A DNA stretch of 46,124 nt from a virus (taxonomy: Duplodnaviria > Caudoviricetes). Under the pieces are notes generated by a model. It worked only from the letters and a program-made list of their open reading frames with translations. It was not told where the DNA came from and made no database searches. Shown here in pieces: positions 36,150-44,755 of this stretch. The stretch's first letter is position 1, and every line of letters begins with the position of its first letter. The stretch covers positions 1 through 46,124 of IMG/VR virus record IMGVR_UViG_3300037461_000393; one strand, given 5' to 3'. The translations under genes and the position numbers were made by a program.

Positions 36150-36164
36150 AGAGGATAGCGAAAA

Positions 36165-36500
36165 ATGGTCGAGAACGTACGGATCTGGACCGTGATTGGT
36201 CACAGCGCCATCGTGGGCGTACTGCCTGATCTGATCGGTTCATACTTCAATCTGTCCAGGGCCGAATCAAGGGCCGAACAGGTGCTGCGCGATCAATTCG
36301 GCCCGGACGTCCTGATCGAGTGGACGTCTCAGGATCTTCATCTCATCGACTCCACCAGCGCTGCGCCCCGCCACCACGTCATCAACACGATTCCCGGCGG
36401 TCGGAGGCTGGCGCGGGTCAGGGCCGACGAAAACGCGGTGCCGTACGCGGGAAGGGTCGAAGTGCGTGCCTCGACGCTTCACAAGGAAGCAGGCAAATGA
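36165..36500 (+). CDS. Early hypothetical protein
   Basis: GAGGATAGCG leader; ATGA overlap with next gene. Confidence 0.7.
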   Translation: MVENVRIWTVIGHSAIVGVLPDLIGSYFNLSRAESRAEQVLRDQFGPDVLIEWTSQDLHLIDSTSAAPRHHVINTIPGGRRLARVRADENAVPYAGRVEVRASTLHKEAGK

Positions 36501-36757
36501 CCGCACGTGCACCTGATGTACTCATAAATGCGGTGGACAGGCAGATCCGCATGCTCGGCTTCACGAACATGAAAGCCCGACGCGCTACGGATCTGCGCGT
36601 AACCTACCTCAAGGGCGTGCTCGACGCGTGCCTGCTGCTCGGCATCGCCACCGGCGACACCGTCTCGAAGGTGGAGTTCCTCGCAGCGATCGGTCGATCC
36701 GACGAAGCGCTGCGCCTGCTAACGAACCTGATCGTCGAAGAGGAGGGTAAGAAATGA
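36497..36757 (+). CDS. Early hypothetical protein
   Basis: MTARAPDVLI...; ATGA overlaps on both sides. Confidence 0.7.
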   Translation: MTARAPDVLINAVDRQIRMLGFTNMKARRATDLRVTYLKGVLDACLLLGIATGDTVSKVEFLAAIGRSDEALRLLTNLIVEEEGKK

Positions 36758-37101
36758 ACTGGAAACCAGCGACACCGCCGCACGTGGCAGTCGGGGTTGA
36801 AGCTGTCGTAGCCGTGGTCCGGCTGCTCGACGTACTCGACGCCCTCGATGAAGTTGAACACATCGACGCTGAGCAGATCGACAAGCCGGCGATCTGCGAG
36901 CGGATCGAGAAGCACATCAGCACCTATGCCGCCCGATTTGCCGAGATCGTCTACGACGGCGACGGCGCGTGGCTGAAAAACAAAGACTGCGAGCCCTTCA
37001 TCAGGCGCTATTCGGGGTCGCCGTATCTGCTCATCTACACGAAGTTGACGGACGGCAGCACTGAAAACATTGCCACGTTCGAAATCAGGGGGGTCGCATG
37101 A
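36754..37101 (+). CDS. Early hypothetical protein
   Basis: GGAGGG RBS; ATGA coupling. Confidence 0.7.
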   Translation: MNWKPATPPHVAVGVEAVVAVVRLLDVLDALDEVEHIDAEQIDKPAICERIEKHISTYAARFAEIVYDGDGAWLKNKDCEPFIRRYSGSPYLLIYTKLTDGSTENIATFEIRGVA

Positions 37102-37391
37102 ATGCCCATATCGTGACGCTGCAGAACGAGAACGGCGCGTGGATTTACGCGCACCCTGACGCGAAGACCGCCGACGATGCTGCCCGTGAACTGGCGACGC
37201 AGGAAGCTGATTCCATGACCCGGAACCGGGAAGGCAGCTTCTCGTGGATGAAGCGCGCGTCGTCGGACGGGTACGATTCGTACATCGTCTACGAAGACAA
37301 GGGCGAGGGTGTCGAGGGAGCGATCGACAGGGCGGAAGCTTACGTCGACGTCTACTGCGTCCCGTACGGCACGGCAATTAACGTAGGGTGA
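37098..37391 (+). CDS. Early acidic hypothetical protein
   Basis: ATGA coupling, phage-like codon usage. Confidence 0.7.
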   Translation: MNAHIVTLQNENGAWIYAHPDAKTADDAARELATQEADSMTRNREGSFSWMKRASSDGYDSYIVYEDKGEGVEGAIDRAEAYVDVYCVPYGTAINVG

Positions 37392-37394
37392 ACC

Positions 37395-37703
37395 ATGGAG
37401 TACGCCAAGACAGCGCTGTTTATCAAAGGCCTGCAGGCCCGAGGCGAAAAGGAAGTAACGCCACCAACGGTCAACGCGTGGCGCGTGTTCACTCGGAAGT
37501 ACGCGGGGCGCAGGACCGAGACGGATAGCCTGCGCCCGGTGGACAGGGGTTGCTATTCGTACTGGTTCGTGAAAAAGGGCGGCACGCAGATACGGGTGCA
37601 GGTCACGTTTAACGCCGACCGACCGATGGTGAAGTACGCCAGAAAAGTACGAGGCGACGTCATCGACCTGATCGCCGCAGAGGGCAAGCTGGCTAATAAA
37701 TAG
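37395..37703 (+). CDS. Early basic hypothetical protein
   Basis: Tandem in operon; its TAG overlaps hammerhead stem II. Confidence 0.7.
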   Translation: MEYAKTALFIKGLQARGEKEVTPPTVNAWRVFTRKYAGRRTETDSLRPVDRGCYSYWFVKKGGTQIRVQVTFNADRPMVKYARKVRGDVIDLIAAEGKLANK

Positions 37704-37766
37704 CCGATAACCCGCTTCGGCGGGTCTGCGCGGGACTGACCCTACGCGCACTGATGAGGCAGGGTC
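37703..37766 (+). ncRNA. Type II hammerhead ribozyme with pseudoknot and GAUAA core insertion
   Basis: GCC-GATA-ACCCGC-TTCG-GCGGGT-C-TGCGCG-[GGACTGACCCTA]-CGCGCA-CTGATGA-GGC-AGGGTC; loop GACCCT pairs with tail AGGGTC. Confidence 0.82.
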
Positions 37767-37784
37767 TCGATAAAGGATAGAGTG

Positions 37785-38033
37785 ATGAGAAACCCGAACT
37801 GGCAACTGATCTTGAAGGGAGCGGTAGATGCGGTGTCACTGCCCGCGCAGCTTGAAGCGATCATCGACGCGGCAGGCATGGCTGAGGTACTGTTCGTGCT
37901 GGCCGCGATCGCGAATGAGAAGGCCGAGCACTTGGCCACCAACTGGCAGGACGACGCGGCGGCCACGAAGTGGCTGAACGTCAGCACCCGGATCGAGAAC
38001 GTGGCACGCATCGCGAAGAGGGATCTACCGTGA
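37785..38033 (+). CDS. Early hypothetical protein
   Basis: AAGGATAG leader; LE.IIDAAG...VL..LAAIA.EKAEH...NWQD. Confidence 0.75.
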   Translation: MRNPNWQLILKGAVDAVSLPAQLEAIIDAAGMAEVLFVLAAIANEKAEHLATNWQDDAAATKWLNVSTRIENVARIAKRDLP

Positions 38034-38305
38034 ACATCGAGACGACGAGATTCGACACTCAGCTGCGGGTTGAAGTAAACGTACCGACCAAGGTGCTGCT
38101 GCAGCTTCTGGAGCGCAAGGTTCGTGACCAGTACACCTACCGTGGCGGGTACGACCCCACGTGGGCGTTCAGCCGCGCTGAAGCCATCAACAAGGCGATG
38201 GCCGAAATCAGGGAGTTGCTCATGTGGAGCAACCCGGTGGCGATGGACGTTTCCGGATCGCTGATGACGCCCGAGCAGCGTGAACGCTTCGAGCAGCAGC
38301 GCTAG
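38030..38305 (+). CDS. Early hypothetical protein
   Basis: GTGA overlap, GAGGG RBS. Confidence 0.65.
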   Translation: MNIETTRFDTQLRVEVNVPTKVLLQLLERKVRDQYTYRGGYDPTWAFSRAEAINKAMAEIRELLMWSNPVAMDVSGSLMTPEQRERFEQQR

Positions 38306-38315
38306 CGAATGCGAC

Positions 38316-38344
38316 TGGACAGACGGCGCGGCCTGTGCTATACT
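38316..38344 (+). promoter_or_regulatory. Sigma70-like extended -10 promoter
   Basis: TGGACA-N17-TATACT with TG-n; near-identical element at 44706. Confidence 0.75.
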
Positions 38345-38377
38345 GGCTGCGCCGTCGACCACAGAGAGGATAGCGCG

Positions 38378-39169
38378 ATGGACCTTGAGGACATGTTCGC
38401 CCAATTGAAAGCGGAGAGAGACGATGGGAAAGGCAAGGCAAAAAAAGCTGCAGCGCCAGCTAAGGGCAAGGCTGCAAATGCGAACCACGTTCGTAAGAAA
38501 AATGGCTCGAGGGCTGGTGCTGGTGCACCTGAGCGGCCTGCGCCGGATGCGCCTGATCGGCAGGAGCGGCCGGGTGTACGTGCTGCGCCAGCCCTTGTTC
38601 CAAGCGCCCCATCTGGTGAGGATCGACTAGGCGAGAAGGGTATCAGGCCCCCGCCTTTTGTTCCCAATGTCAGGACCCCCGACCAGTGGCCCAAGAAACA
38701 CGAGCCGGGCTCCCTCAAGACCGGCGATTCGGTGTGGTACGGGGAGGAGCGCTGGTGGATCGTGAACGCGCCGCCGACGTGGGAACCGACGTCGTTTGTG
38801 TGCGTCAGCGATCAGGCGCTACGTCCGAATGCCGCGATCCCGTCGGGCGTGAAGGTGCAGATGGTGCACGCCGATCTGCTGGAACTGGCACCGACGAAGC
38901 GAGGGCCACTGCTGTCGTCGGCTCAACCGACCAAGCACGCCATCGAGACTCGCGAGCGAATGAAGAAGGAAGGTCTGACCGACATCGGCGACGTGGTGGC
39001 GGAGAAGCTGCGCAACAAGACGCTCGACGAAGCGTACGCCATCGCGGCCGAATTTGTGAAGATCCCGGAGAACGAACTCCGGGCCAAGTACGTGAAGCTT
39101 AACCCCGGCCAGCAGCGCATGAATCTCGGTAACAGGATGCGTGGCTGGCTCAAGAAACACGGGAGTTGA
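38378..39169 (+). CDS. Hypothetical protein sharing its C-terminal domain with the 35561 product
   Basis: GAGAGGATAGCGCG leader; C-terminal [16 protein letters not shown]. Confidence 0.8.
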   Translation: MDLEDMFAQLKAERDDGKGKAKKAAAPAKGKAANANHVRKKNGSRAGAGAPERPAPDAPDRQERPGVRAAPALVPSAPSGEDRLGEKGIRPPPFVPNVRTPDQWPKKHEPGSLKTGDSVWYGEERWWIVNAPPTWEPTSFVCVSDQALRPNAAIPSGVKVQMVHADLLELAPTKRGPLLSSAQPTKHAIETRERMKKEGLTDIGDVVAEKLRNKTLDEAYAIAAEFVKIPENELRAKYVKLNPGQQRMNLGNRMRGWLKKHGS

Positions 39170-39171
39170 CA

Positions 39172-40230
39172 ATGACCGACGAGGCGAAAAAGCCTTATTT
39201 CATGTACCTGCGGCGCAAGTCTGCCGGTCAACCCGGTCCACCGGGACCTGCCGGCCCTCAAGGCCCTACCGGCGCAACGGGGGCAACCGGCGCAACGGGG
39301 GCAACCGGCGCAACGGGGGCAACCGGTCCCGCAGGCCCTCAGGGCGACCCCGGAGCCACCGGCGCAACAGGGGCGACCGGCGCTACTGGTCCTCAGGGTG
39401 ACCCTGGCGAAGGGGTTCCGACTGGTGGTACTGCAGGCCAGCTTCTGGCCAAGATCGACAGTGCGGACTACAACACCGAATGGGTCGATCCACCGGCCGG
39501 TGGCAGCGGGACATTTCATCCGGGACAGGTTGGGAATCTCGCCGGGTGGTACGTGGTCGATGACCTTGATAAGTTTTACAACGACGGCGATTCACCGAGC
39601 CATCTGCCGAATCGTTACGGGCGTATGTACTCGTTCACGGCACCCGGTGGCGCACAACCGCTATTCAAGACCAGCATTATCAACGGTCACGATGTGCTGA
39701 GGTTCAACGGAACCGGCCAATACATGACGACGCCGGAAACGGGCGTCGTATCGCCGCACTACAACAAAGACATGACGTTGATTGCGGTGGTGATCAACGA
39801 CCAGACTTCCACGCTTCAGTCTTTCATGGCGAAGGCCGAGGCTTCGAACTACGAGGTCTACTGCTACACCAAGCCGACCGTCGGGCTTTGGACTGCTGGC
39901 GGGTCCGGGGTCGCGAACGCCAATTACGGCTCAAATCCCACGGCGGGGACTGCCTACATCATGGTGTGGCGGGTCAGCAACGGCAAAGAAATAAAGTGCT
40001 GGAGGGACGGAGGGACCGGCGTGGCTTCAACCAGCTTCAGCAGCTCAACCGGGAGTTCGAACAGCAAGTGGGCGCTTGGGCAGCGTGGCGACAGCACGGT
40101 TGGCAACTACTTCGATGGCGACGTGGCTGAAATCCTGATGTACGCCAATGCGTTACTGGAGGCCGAGATCGACGAAGTGCTCGAGTACCTTTCCGATAAG
40201 TACGGGATTACCGTAACGGCGTGCACCTGA
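39172..40230 (+). CDS. Collagen-repeat plus LamG/ConA-like fibre protein
   Basis: Gly-X-Y run, [13 protein letters not shown]...YNTEWVD linker, [23 protein letters not shown]...L...YLSDKYGI. Confidence 0.8.
   Translation: MTDEAKKPYFMYLRRKSAGQPGPPGPAGPQGPTGATGATGATGATGATGATGPAGPQGDPGATGATGATGATGPQGDPGEGVPTGGTAGQLLAKIDSADYNTEWVDPPAGGSGTFHPGQVGNLAGWYVVDDLDKFYNDGDSPSHLPNRYGRMYSFTAPGGAQPLFKTSIINGHDVLRFNGTGQYMTTPETGVVSPHYNKDMTLIAVVINDQTSTLQSFMAKAEASNYEVYCYTKPTVGLWTAGGSGVANANYGSNPTAGTAYIMVWRVSNGKEIKCWRDGGTGVASTSFSSSTGSSNSKWALGQRGDSTVGNYFDGDVAEILMYANALLEAEIDEVLEYLSDKYGITVTACT
39271..39324. repeat. 18-bp tandem repeat x3 (GGCGCAACGGGGGCAACC) encoding GATGAT
   Basis: Visible within the collagen region. 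Confidence 0.85.
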
Positions 40231-40232
40231 CC

Positions 40233-40478
40233 ATGACGAAACCGAGCCCGCTGCCTTGGCGTAAAGACCAACTGAACAACATCTACGACAACGAAGGGAG
40301 GATGATTTTCAAAGCCTGCGCATTCCGAGAACTAGGGCAGGGGGTCCTGCCGGAAAACGACGTCAACGCGCAATTCGTGGTAGATGCGTCGCTCTTTGCA
40401 GCAATCATCATAGACGAGGAGAGTAGAAATGGTCGTAACTCTGAACTACACGGTGATGCAGCGCGGCATCAGTCGTGA
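40233..40478 (+). CDS. Hypothetical protein
   Basis: SPLPW...NAQFVV pattern common in small phage proteins. Confidence 0.6.
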   Translation: MTKPSPLPWRKDQLNNIYDNEGRMIFKACAFRELGQGVLPENDVNAQFVVDASLFAAIIIDEESRNGRNSELHGDAARHQS

Positions 40479-40620
40479 GGATGTGCAGCGCGACATCAAG
40501 TACCACACGGGGAACGGTGATCTGGTCGGCTTCGTGGTGCTGAGGCCGGGGCAGTTCGAAGAGAACGAGTTGCCCAACAGGCTGTTTGGTGCCACGGTTC
40601 TCACGCGAGAGTTCCTATGA
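40429..40620 (+). CDS. Hypothetical protein
   Basis: GAGGAG RBS; ATGA overlap with next gene. Confidence 0.6.
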   Translation: MVVTLNYTVMQRGISREDVQRDIKYHTGNGDLVGFVVLRPGQFEENELPNRLFGATVLTREFL

Positions 40621-41009
40621 CCGGTGCCGCAGACACTAGGCGTGCTTACGCGATGGTGATGGCCCCGTGGGAACTAGGGTATTTCACGCCGAACAAGTTC
40701 AGGACCCAGAATGAATTGCGGCGGCTGCTGGCCCGGATATGGGACGGCGAGCAACCGCGTCGACGGATACCGGGTTTGAGGTTCGACAACGTGGACCGAT
40801 CGCACTACATCCCTGAAGAGCACTGCATCGTGATCGCGCCGCACCAACAGTGCTACGACGTGCTCATCCACGAAGCGACTCATGCGATCGGGTTCCATGA
40901 CCACGGACCGAAGTTCATCAAGAAGCACATTGGACTGTTGGCGAGGTACGCCCGGTGCGACGAACTGAAGCTGCTGATGTACGCTTCCCTGCTGGGGTAC
41001 AGGCTATGA
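40617..41009 (+). CDS. Small zincin (SprT/M48-like) metallopeptidase
   Basis: VLIHEATHA...HDHGPKF. Confidence 0.75.
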   Translation: MTGAADTRRAYAMVMAPWELGYFTPNKFRTQNELRRLLARIWDGEQPRRRIPGLRFDNVDRSHYIPEEHCIVIAPHQQCYDVLIHEATHAIGFHDHGPKFIKKHIGLLARYARCDELKLLMYASLLGYRL

Positions 41010-41359
41010 CACTCACCGGGATCTACGATTTTCTGGTCCATCAATTGAGGGCCGGCAAGAAGGAACAACTTATTCGCCGGCTGTCGAGGAACGTGCGCCA
41101 CAAGGAAGACGGGTGCATCGAGTACTCCGGAGCGGTGAACAACAAGGGGTACGCCAAGATCAACTTCAGGGTCGAGGGTGTGGGACACGCACAGGTCTAC
41201 GCCCACCGCTTGTTCATGGTCCTGATGCTGAAGCGTGACATCCAGAACGGCTATGAGGTTGATCACATCTGCAACAACAGGCGCTGTGTAAAGCACCTTC
41301 GGGAAGTGCCGATCGAGGACAATAGGACTCGAGCCAACAGGCGCAGAGCGCGGCGGTAA
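41006..41359 (+). CDS. HNH endonuclease
   Basis: GCIEY.G..NNKGY, YAHR, EVDHICNNRRCV.HL...N. Confidence 0.85.
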   Translation: MTLTGIYDFLVHQLRAGKKEQLIRRLSRNVRHKEDGCIEYSGAVNNKGYAKINFRVEGVGHAQVYAHRLFMVLMLKRDIQNGYEVDHICNNRRCVKHLREVPIEDNRTRANRRRARR

Positions 41360-41361
41360 AG

Positions 41362-42930
41362 ATGGCCAAAAAACACCGCAGCGCGGAGACAATCAGCCGC
41401 GCGGAGAGGTTCCTTGCCCTGTACAGATCGAACCCCCGGTCAACAGGGCGGTTCGACCCGGATAGCGGTAAGATGCACACCGACTACGAGGAAGCCAAGG
41501 TAGCGGATGTGGCACGCCACCTTGACGGCGAATTCGGCGTCGGCTTGGTCCCCATTCTCGACGATGACACCTGCCAATGGGCGGCCATCGACATCGACAA
41601 TCACGGACAGAATGAGGACATCCCGATAGGGCCGGTGGATGAGAAGATCTCGGCCATGGGAGTGCCGCTGGTCGCCTGCAGGTCGAAGTCCGGTGGCATC
41701 CATGTCTACTACTTCCTTGAAAAACCGATACCAGCGGCCAAGGTGCGGGCTCGCCTGACCGAGTTCGCGGAGAGGATCGGCTACCCCAAGGCTGAGATCT
41801 TCCCCAAGCAGGCACGACTCGCGATGAGCGGGGGTAAGAAGCAGCTGGGGAACTGGATCAACTTGCCATACCTTGGCGGCGATGACACCGTTCGCTATGC
41901 GTACAAGAACGGGCGCAGGCTGGGGATCGATGAATTCCTGGCCCTTGCCGAGAAGAGCAGGGTGACGGCTGAGGCATTCAGCACGCAGCCACTGGTCGAC
42001 CACCCACAAGCGCCACCCTGCGTTCAGCGGATGATGGTGGAAGGGGTAGGCAAGGGTCAGCGCAATGAGGCGCTGTACAACATCGTCGTCTACCTGCGAA
42101 AGTCCGAGCCCGACAACTACTCGGACCGCGCCCGGTCACTGAACCACGTTGTGTTCGACGCCCCGCTGGGGCGGTCTGAACTGGAGCGCACGATCATCTC
42201 GGCCGGCAGGCCGGATTATCGGTATCGCTGCAATGAGGAGCCAATCAAGTCCCTGTGCGACAGGGAAACGTGCACGAAGCGCAAGTTCGGGATCACGGCT
42301 GGTGAGTACGACGAGATCGACAAGGTATCGGGCCTGCCTGAGTTCAGCAGCCTAGTGAAATACCTGACCGACCCCGTACGGTGGGAATTCAAGGTCGACG
42401 GCAAGATGGTGACGAACATCAGCACGGCGCAGTTGCTTGACTGGCGCTTTGTTCGGGAAGTGTGCGCCGAGCGACTGACCAAGGTGCTCCCGATGATCAA
42501 GCCGCAGGAGTGGGAACGCCTGCTGCAGGGGTTGATGGCCAGTGCCCGGATTGAGGAAGCGCCGGAGGATGCGTCGACAGCCGGCATCATCAGGGCCAGG
42601 ATGAAGGAGTTCGCGTCGAAGGCGCGGGACCTGCACATGAACGGCAGCGTGCCGGACCGGCAGGCGCTGCTGCGTGGGTTACCGATTACCTATGAGGCGG
42701 ACGGCGTCAAGCAGATCGCGTTCAGAGCACAAGACTTCGTCAACTATCTGAAGCGGACCAAGAGTGAGGAGCTAAAAGGCGTCAACCTGTGGTTCGCGAC
42801 TCGGGAGATGGGGCTACAGACGACCAAGCTGCGGGTGTCCACCAAGAAAACAGTGAACGTTTGGTTCCTGCCTTACGATGAAGTGATCGAGGACAGGGCG
42901 GATGACCCGGAATTCAGGAGCGAGCTGTGA
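41362..42930 (+). CDS. AEP-superfamily primase with PriCT-like domain
   Basis: AIDID, RSKSGGIH, GNWINLPY, PPC...GQRNEALY, Cys cluster YRC...C....C. Confidence 0.85.
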   Translation: MAKKHRSAETISRAERFLALYRSNPRSTGRFDPDSGKMHTDYEEAKVADVARHLDGEFGVGLVPILDDDTCQWAAIDIDNHGQNEDIPIGPVDEKISAMGVPLVACRSKSGGIHVYYFLEKPIPAAKVRARLTEFAERIGYPKAEIFPKQARLAMSGGKKQLGNWINLPYLGGDDTVRYAYKNGRRLGIDEFLALAEKSRVTAEAFSTQPLVDHPQAPPCVQRMMVEGVGKGQRNEALYNIVVYLRKSEPDNYSDRARSLNHVVFDAPLGRSELERTIISAGRPDYRYRCNEEPIKSLCDRETCTKRKFGITAGEYDEIDKVSGLPEFSSLVKYLTDPVRWEFKVDGKMVTNISTAQLLDWRFVREVCAERLTKVLPMIKPQEWERLLQGLMASARIEEAPEDASTAGIIRARMKEFASKARDLHMNGSVPDRQALLRGLPITYEADGVKQIAFRAQDFVNYLKRTKSEELKGVNLWFATREMGLQTTKLRVSTKKTVNVWFLPYDEVIEDRADDPEFRSEL

Positions 42931-44696
42931 GCAAGCAGATTAAAGTCGATTACGACGCGAAGTCAAACAGGTTCCTGTTGCGCTGCCCCGTGCACGCTAA
43001 CGATCTAGTGCGGGCGCTGCCCAACTACCGGTGGCTCGCGTCCGAGCGGGCATGGGCCGTCCCCGTCATTCGAAAGAACGCCGAGGCCATATCGGCATCT
43101 ATCGCCCCGTTCGCCGACATCAGTGCAGAGGCGCAGGACGCGATTGTTAAAGCCACGACGGTGACGATCGCTACCGGGGATTCCTGGCCCTTCTGGTACT
43201 CGTTCAAGACCGAGCCCGCTCCGTACCAGTTGACCGCCCTGCAGAAGCTATATTCACGGGAGTCCATGGCCTTGTTCATGGACATGGGCACCGGCAAGAG
43301 CAAAACCGCGATCGACATGGCAGCGGCGAAGCGAATGGAAGGGAGGATCGAGTCCCTGCTGATCGTTTGCAAGCTGAGCCTGAGGAACAATTGGGTGGAG
43401 CAGTTCGACATCCACTGCCCGATCCCGGTGTCGATCCACTTGCCAGACACTACGAAGCAGAAAGCGTTCGACAGATGGCTGCGGGAGAAGTCTGATTTCA
43501 AAGTCCTGATTGTCGGGACCGAGTCCCTGTCGGCGGGTCGTATGTTCGAGATGGCCGATCTGTTCATGAAAACGGCTAGCAAGCCGGCCATGGTGATCGA
43601 TGAATCCTCGATGATCGCTGGTGCCAAGGCCGAGCGGTCCAAGCGCTGCGTCGCCCTAGGTCGGCAGGCTGTGTTCCGCATGGCACTGACAGGGACGCCC
43701 TTGCGTGAGACACCCCTTGACGTGTACATGCAATTCGAGTATCTTGACCCGAACATAATCGGGATCGGTGACTACTACGCTTTTCGCAACCGGTACGCCG
43801 TGATGGGTGGGTACAAGGACCCTAAGACCGGCAAACCGTTGCAGGTGGTCGGATACCAGAATCTTGACGAACTGATCGAGACAATCGCGCCCTACACGTT
43901 CCAGATCACGAAGAAACAAGCCCTCCCCGAACTGCCCGACAAACGTTACCAGCGGCGCACACTGGAATTAACCAAGCGGCAAAAAGCTCTCTATGACCAG
44001 ATGAAAAAAGAAGGCGCGTACATGGTGAACGGCAAGGAACTGGTGGTCGACAACGTCCTAGGCCAGATCTTGCGTCTGCATCAGGTCTGCAGCGGGATCG
44101 CTGCCGAGCAGCACGAGACTACGAAAATCGTGAAGGGTGAAGAGCGCGTGATCCGGTCGTACACGCACGCCTTGATCGAAGAACACGGCAGCAACCCTAA
44201 GGTGCAGGAAGTGATCTCGATCCTTAAGGAAACAAGCGACCCCGTCATTGTGTGGTGCGCATACTTGCCTGAGATCAAAATGCTGATCGACGCGCTGAAG
44301 GAAGAAGGCATGGAAGATCAGGTTGTGGAGTTCCACGGCAGCGTCAGTGAGGAGGACCGGGATCTGGCTCGTCGCGCGTTCCAGGCCAAGACGAAGCGAA
44401 TTTTTATCGGTAACGCGCAGACCGGAGGTATGGGTCTGACGCTGACTGCTGCCACGACCGTCGTCTACATGTCGAACACACATAAGATGGAGGAGCGGTT
44501 GCAAAGCGAGGACCGTGCCCATCGGCGCGGGCAGACCGTTAGCCCGTTGTACATCGATTTGGTGATGGATAGGACCGTCGATCAGACTATCATCAAGTCA
44601 CTACAGGAAAAGAAAGACCTGTCCGACTTCGTACGGGCTAGGCTGGCCCATGCCACCCGTGCCGATCTTGAGAAGCTATTCAACGGCGACGCCTGA
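42927..44696 (+). CDS. SNF2-family helicase
   Basis: DMGTGKSK, IDES, LTGTP, GGMGLTLTAA, QSEDRAHRRGQ. Confidence 0.92.
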   Translation: MSKQIKVDYDAKSNRFLLRCPVHANDLVRALPNYRWLASERAWAVPVIRKNAEAISASIAPFADISAEAQDAIVKATTVTIATGDSWPFWYSFKTEPAPYQLTALQKLYSRESMALFMDMGTGKSKTAIDMAAAKRMEGRIESLLIVCKLSLRNNWVEQFDIHCPIPVSIHLPDTTKQKAFDRWLREKSDFKVLIVGTESLSAGRMFEMADLFMKTASKPAMVIDESSMIAGAKAERSKRCVALGRQAVFRMALTGTPLRETPLDVYMQFEYLDPNIIGIGDYYAFRNRYAVMGGYKDPKTGKPLQVVGYQNLDELIETIAPYTFQITKKQALPELPDKRYQRRTLELTKRQKALYDQMKKEGAYMVNGKELVVDNVLGQILRLHQVCSGIAAEQHETTKIVKGEERVIRSYTHALIEEHGSNPKVQEVISILKETSDPVIVWCAYLPEIKMLIDALKEEGMEDQVVEFHGSVSEEDRDLARRAFQAKTKRIFIGNAQTGGMGLTLTAATTVVYMSNTHKMEERLQSEDRAHRRGQTVSPLYIDLVMDRTVDQTIIKSLQEKKDLSDFVRARLAHATRADLEKLFNGDA

Positions 44697-44705
44697 GAAC
44701 GGCAC

Positions 44706-44735
44706 TGGACAGACCCCCGCCACCCGTGCTATACT
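44706..44735 (+). promoter_or_regulatory. Sigma70-like extended -10 promoter
   Basis: TGGACA-N18-TATACT with TG-n. Confidence 0.75.
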
Positions 44736-44755
44736 ACGCCTGATAGGAGATAGCG

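Noticed and set aside
38261-38267. Additional hammerheads at other CTGATGA sites (38261, about 23370, about 31854 and minus-strand matches)
   Set aside because: They lie in coding sequence or gene overlaps and lack flanking stems and a GAAA/UH partner
41362-42930. Integrase / temperate lifestyle
   Set aside because: Motifs are those of an AEP primase; no tyrosine or serine recombinase or repressor switch seen in the genome
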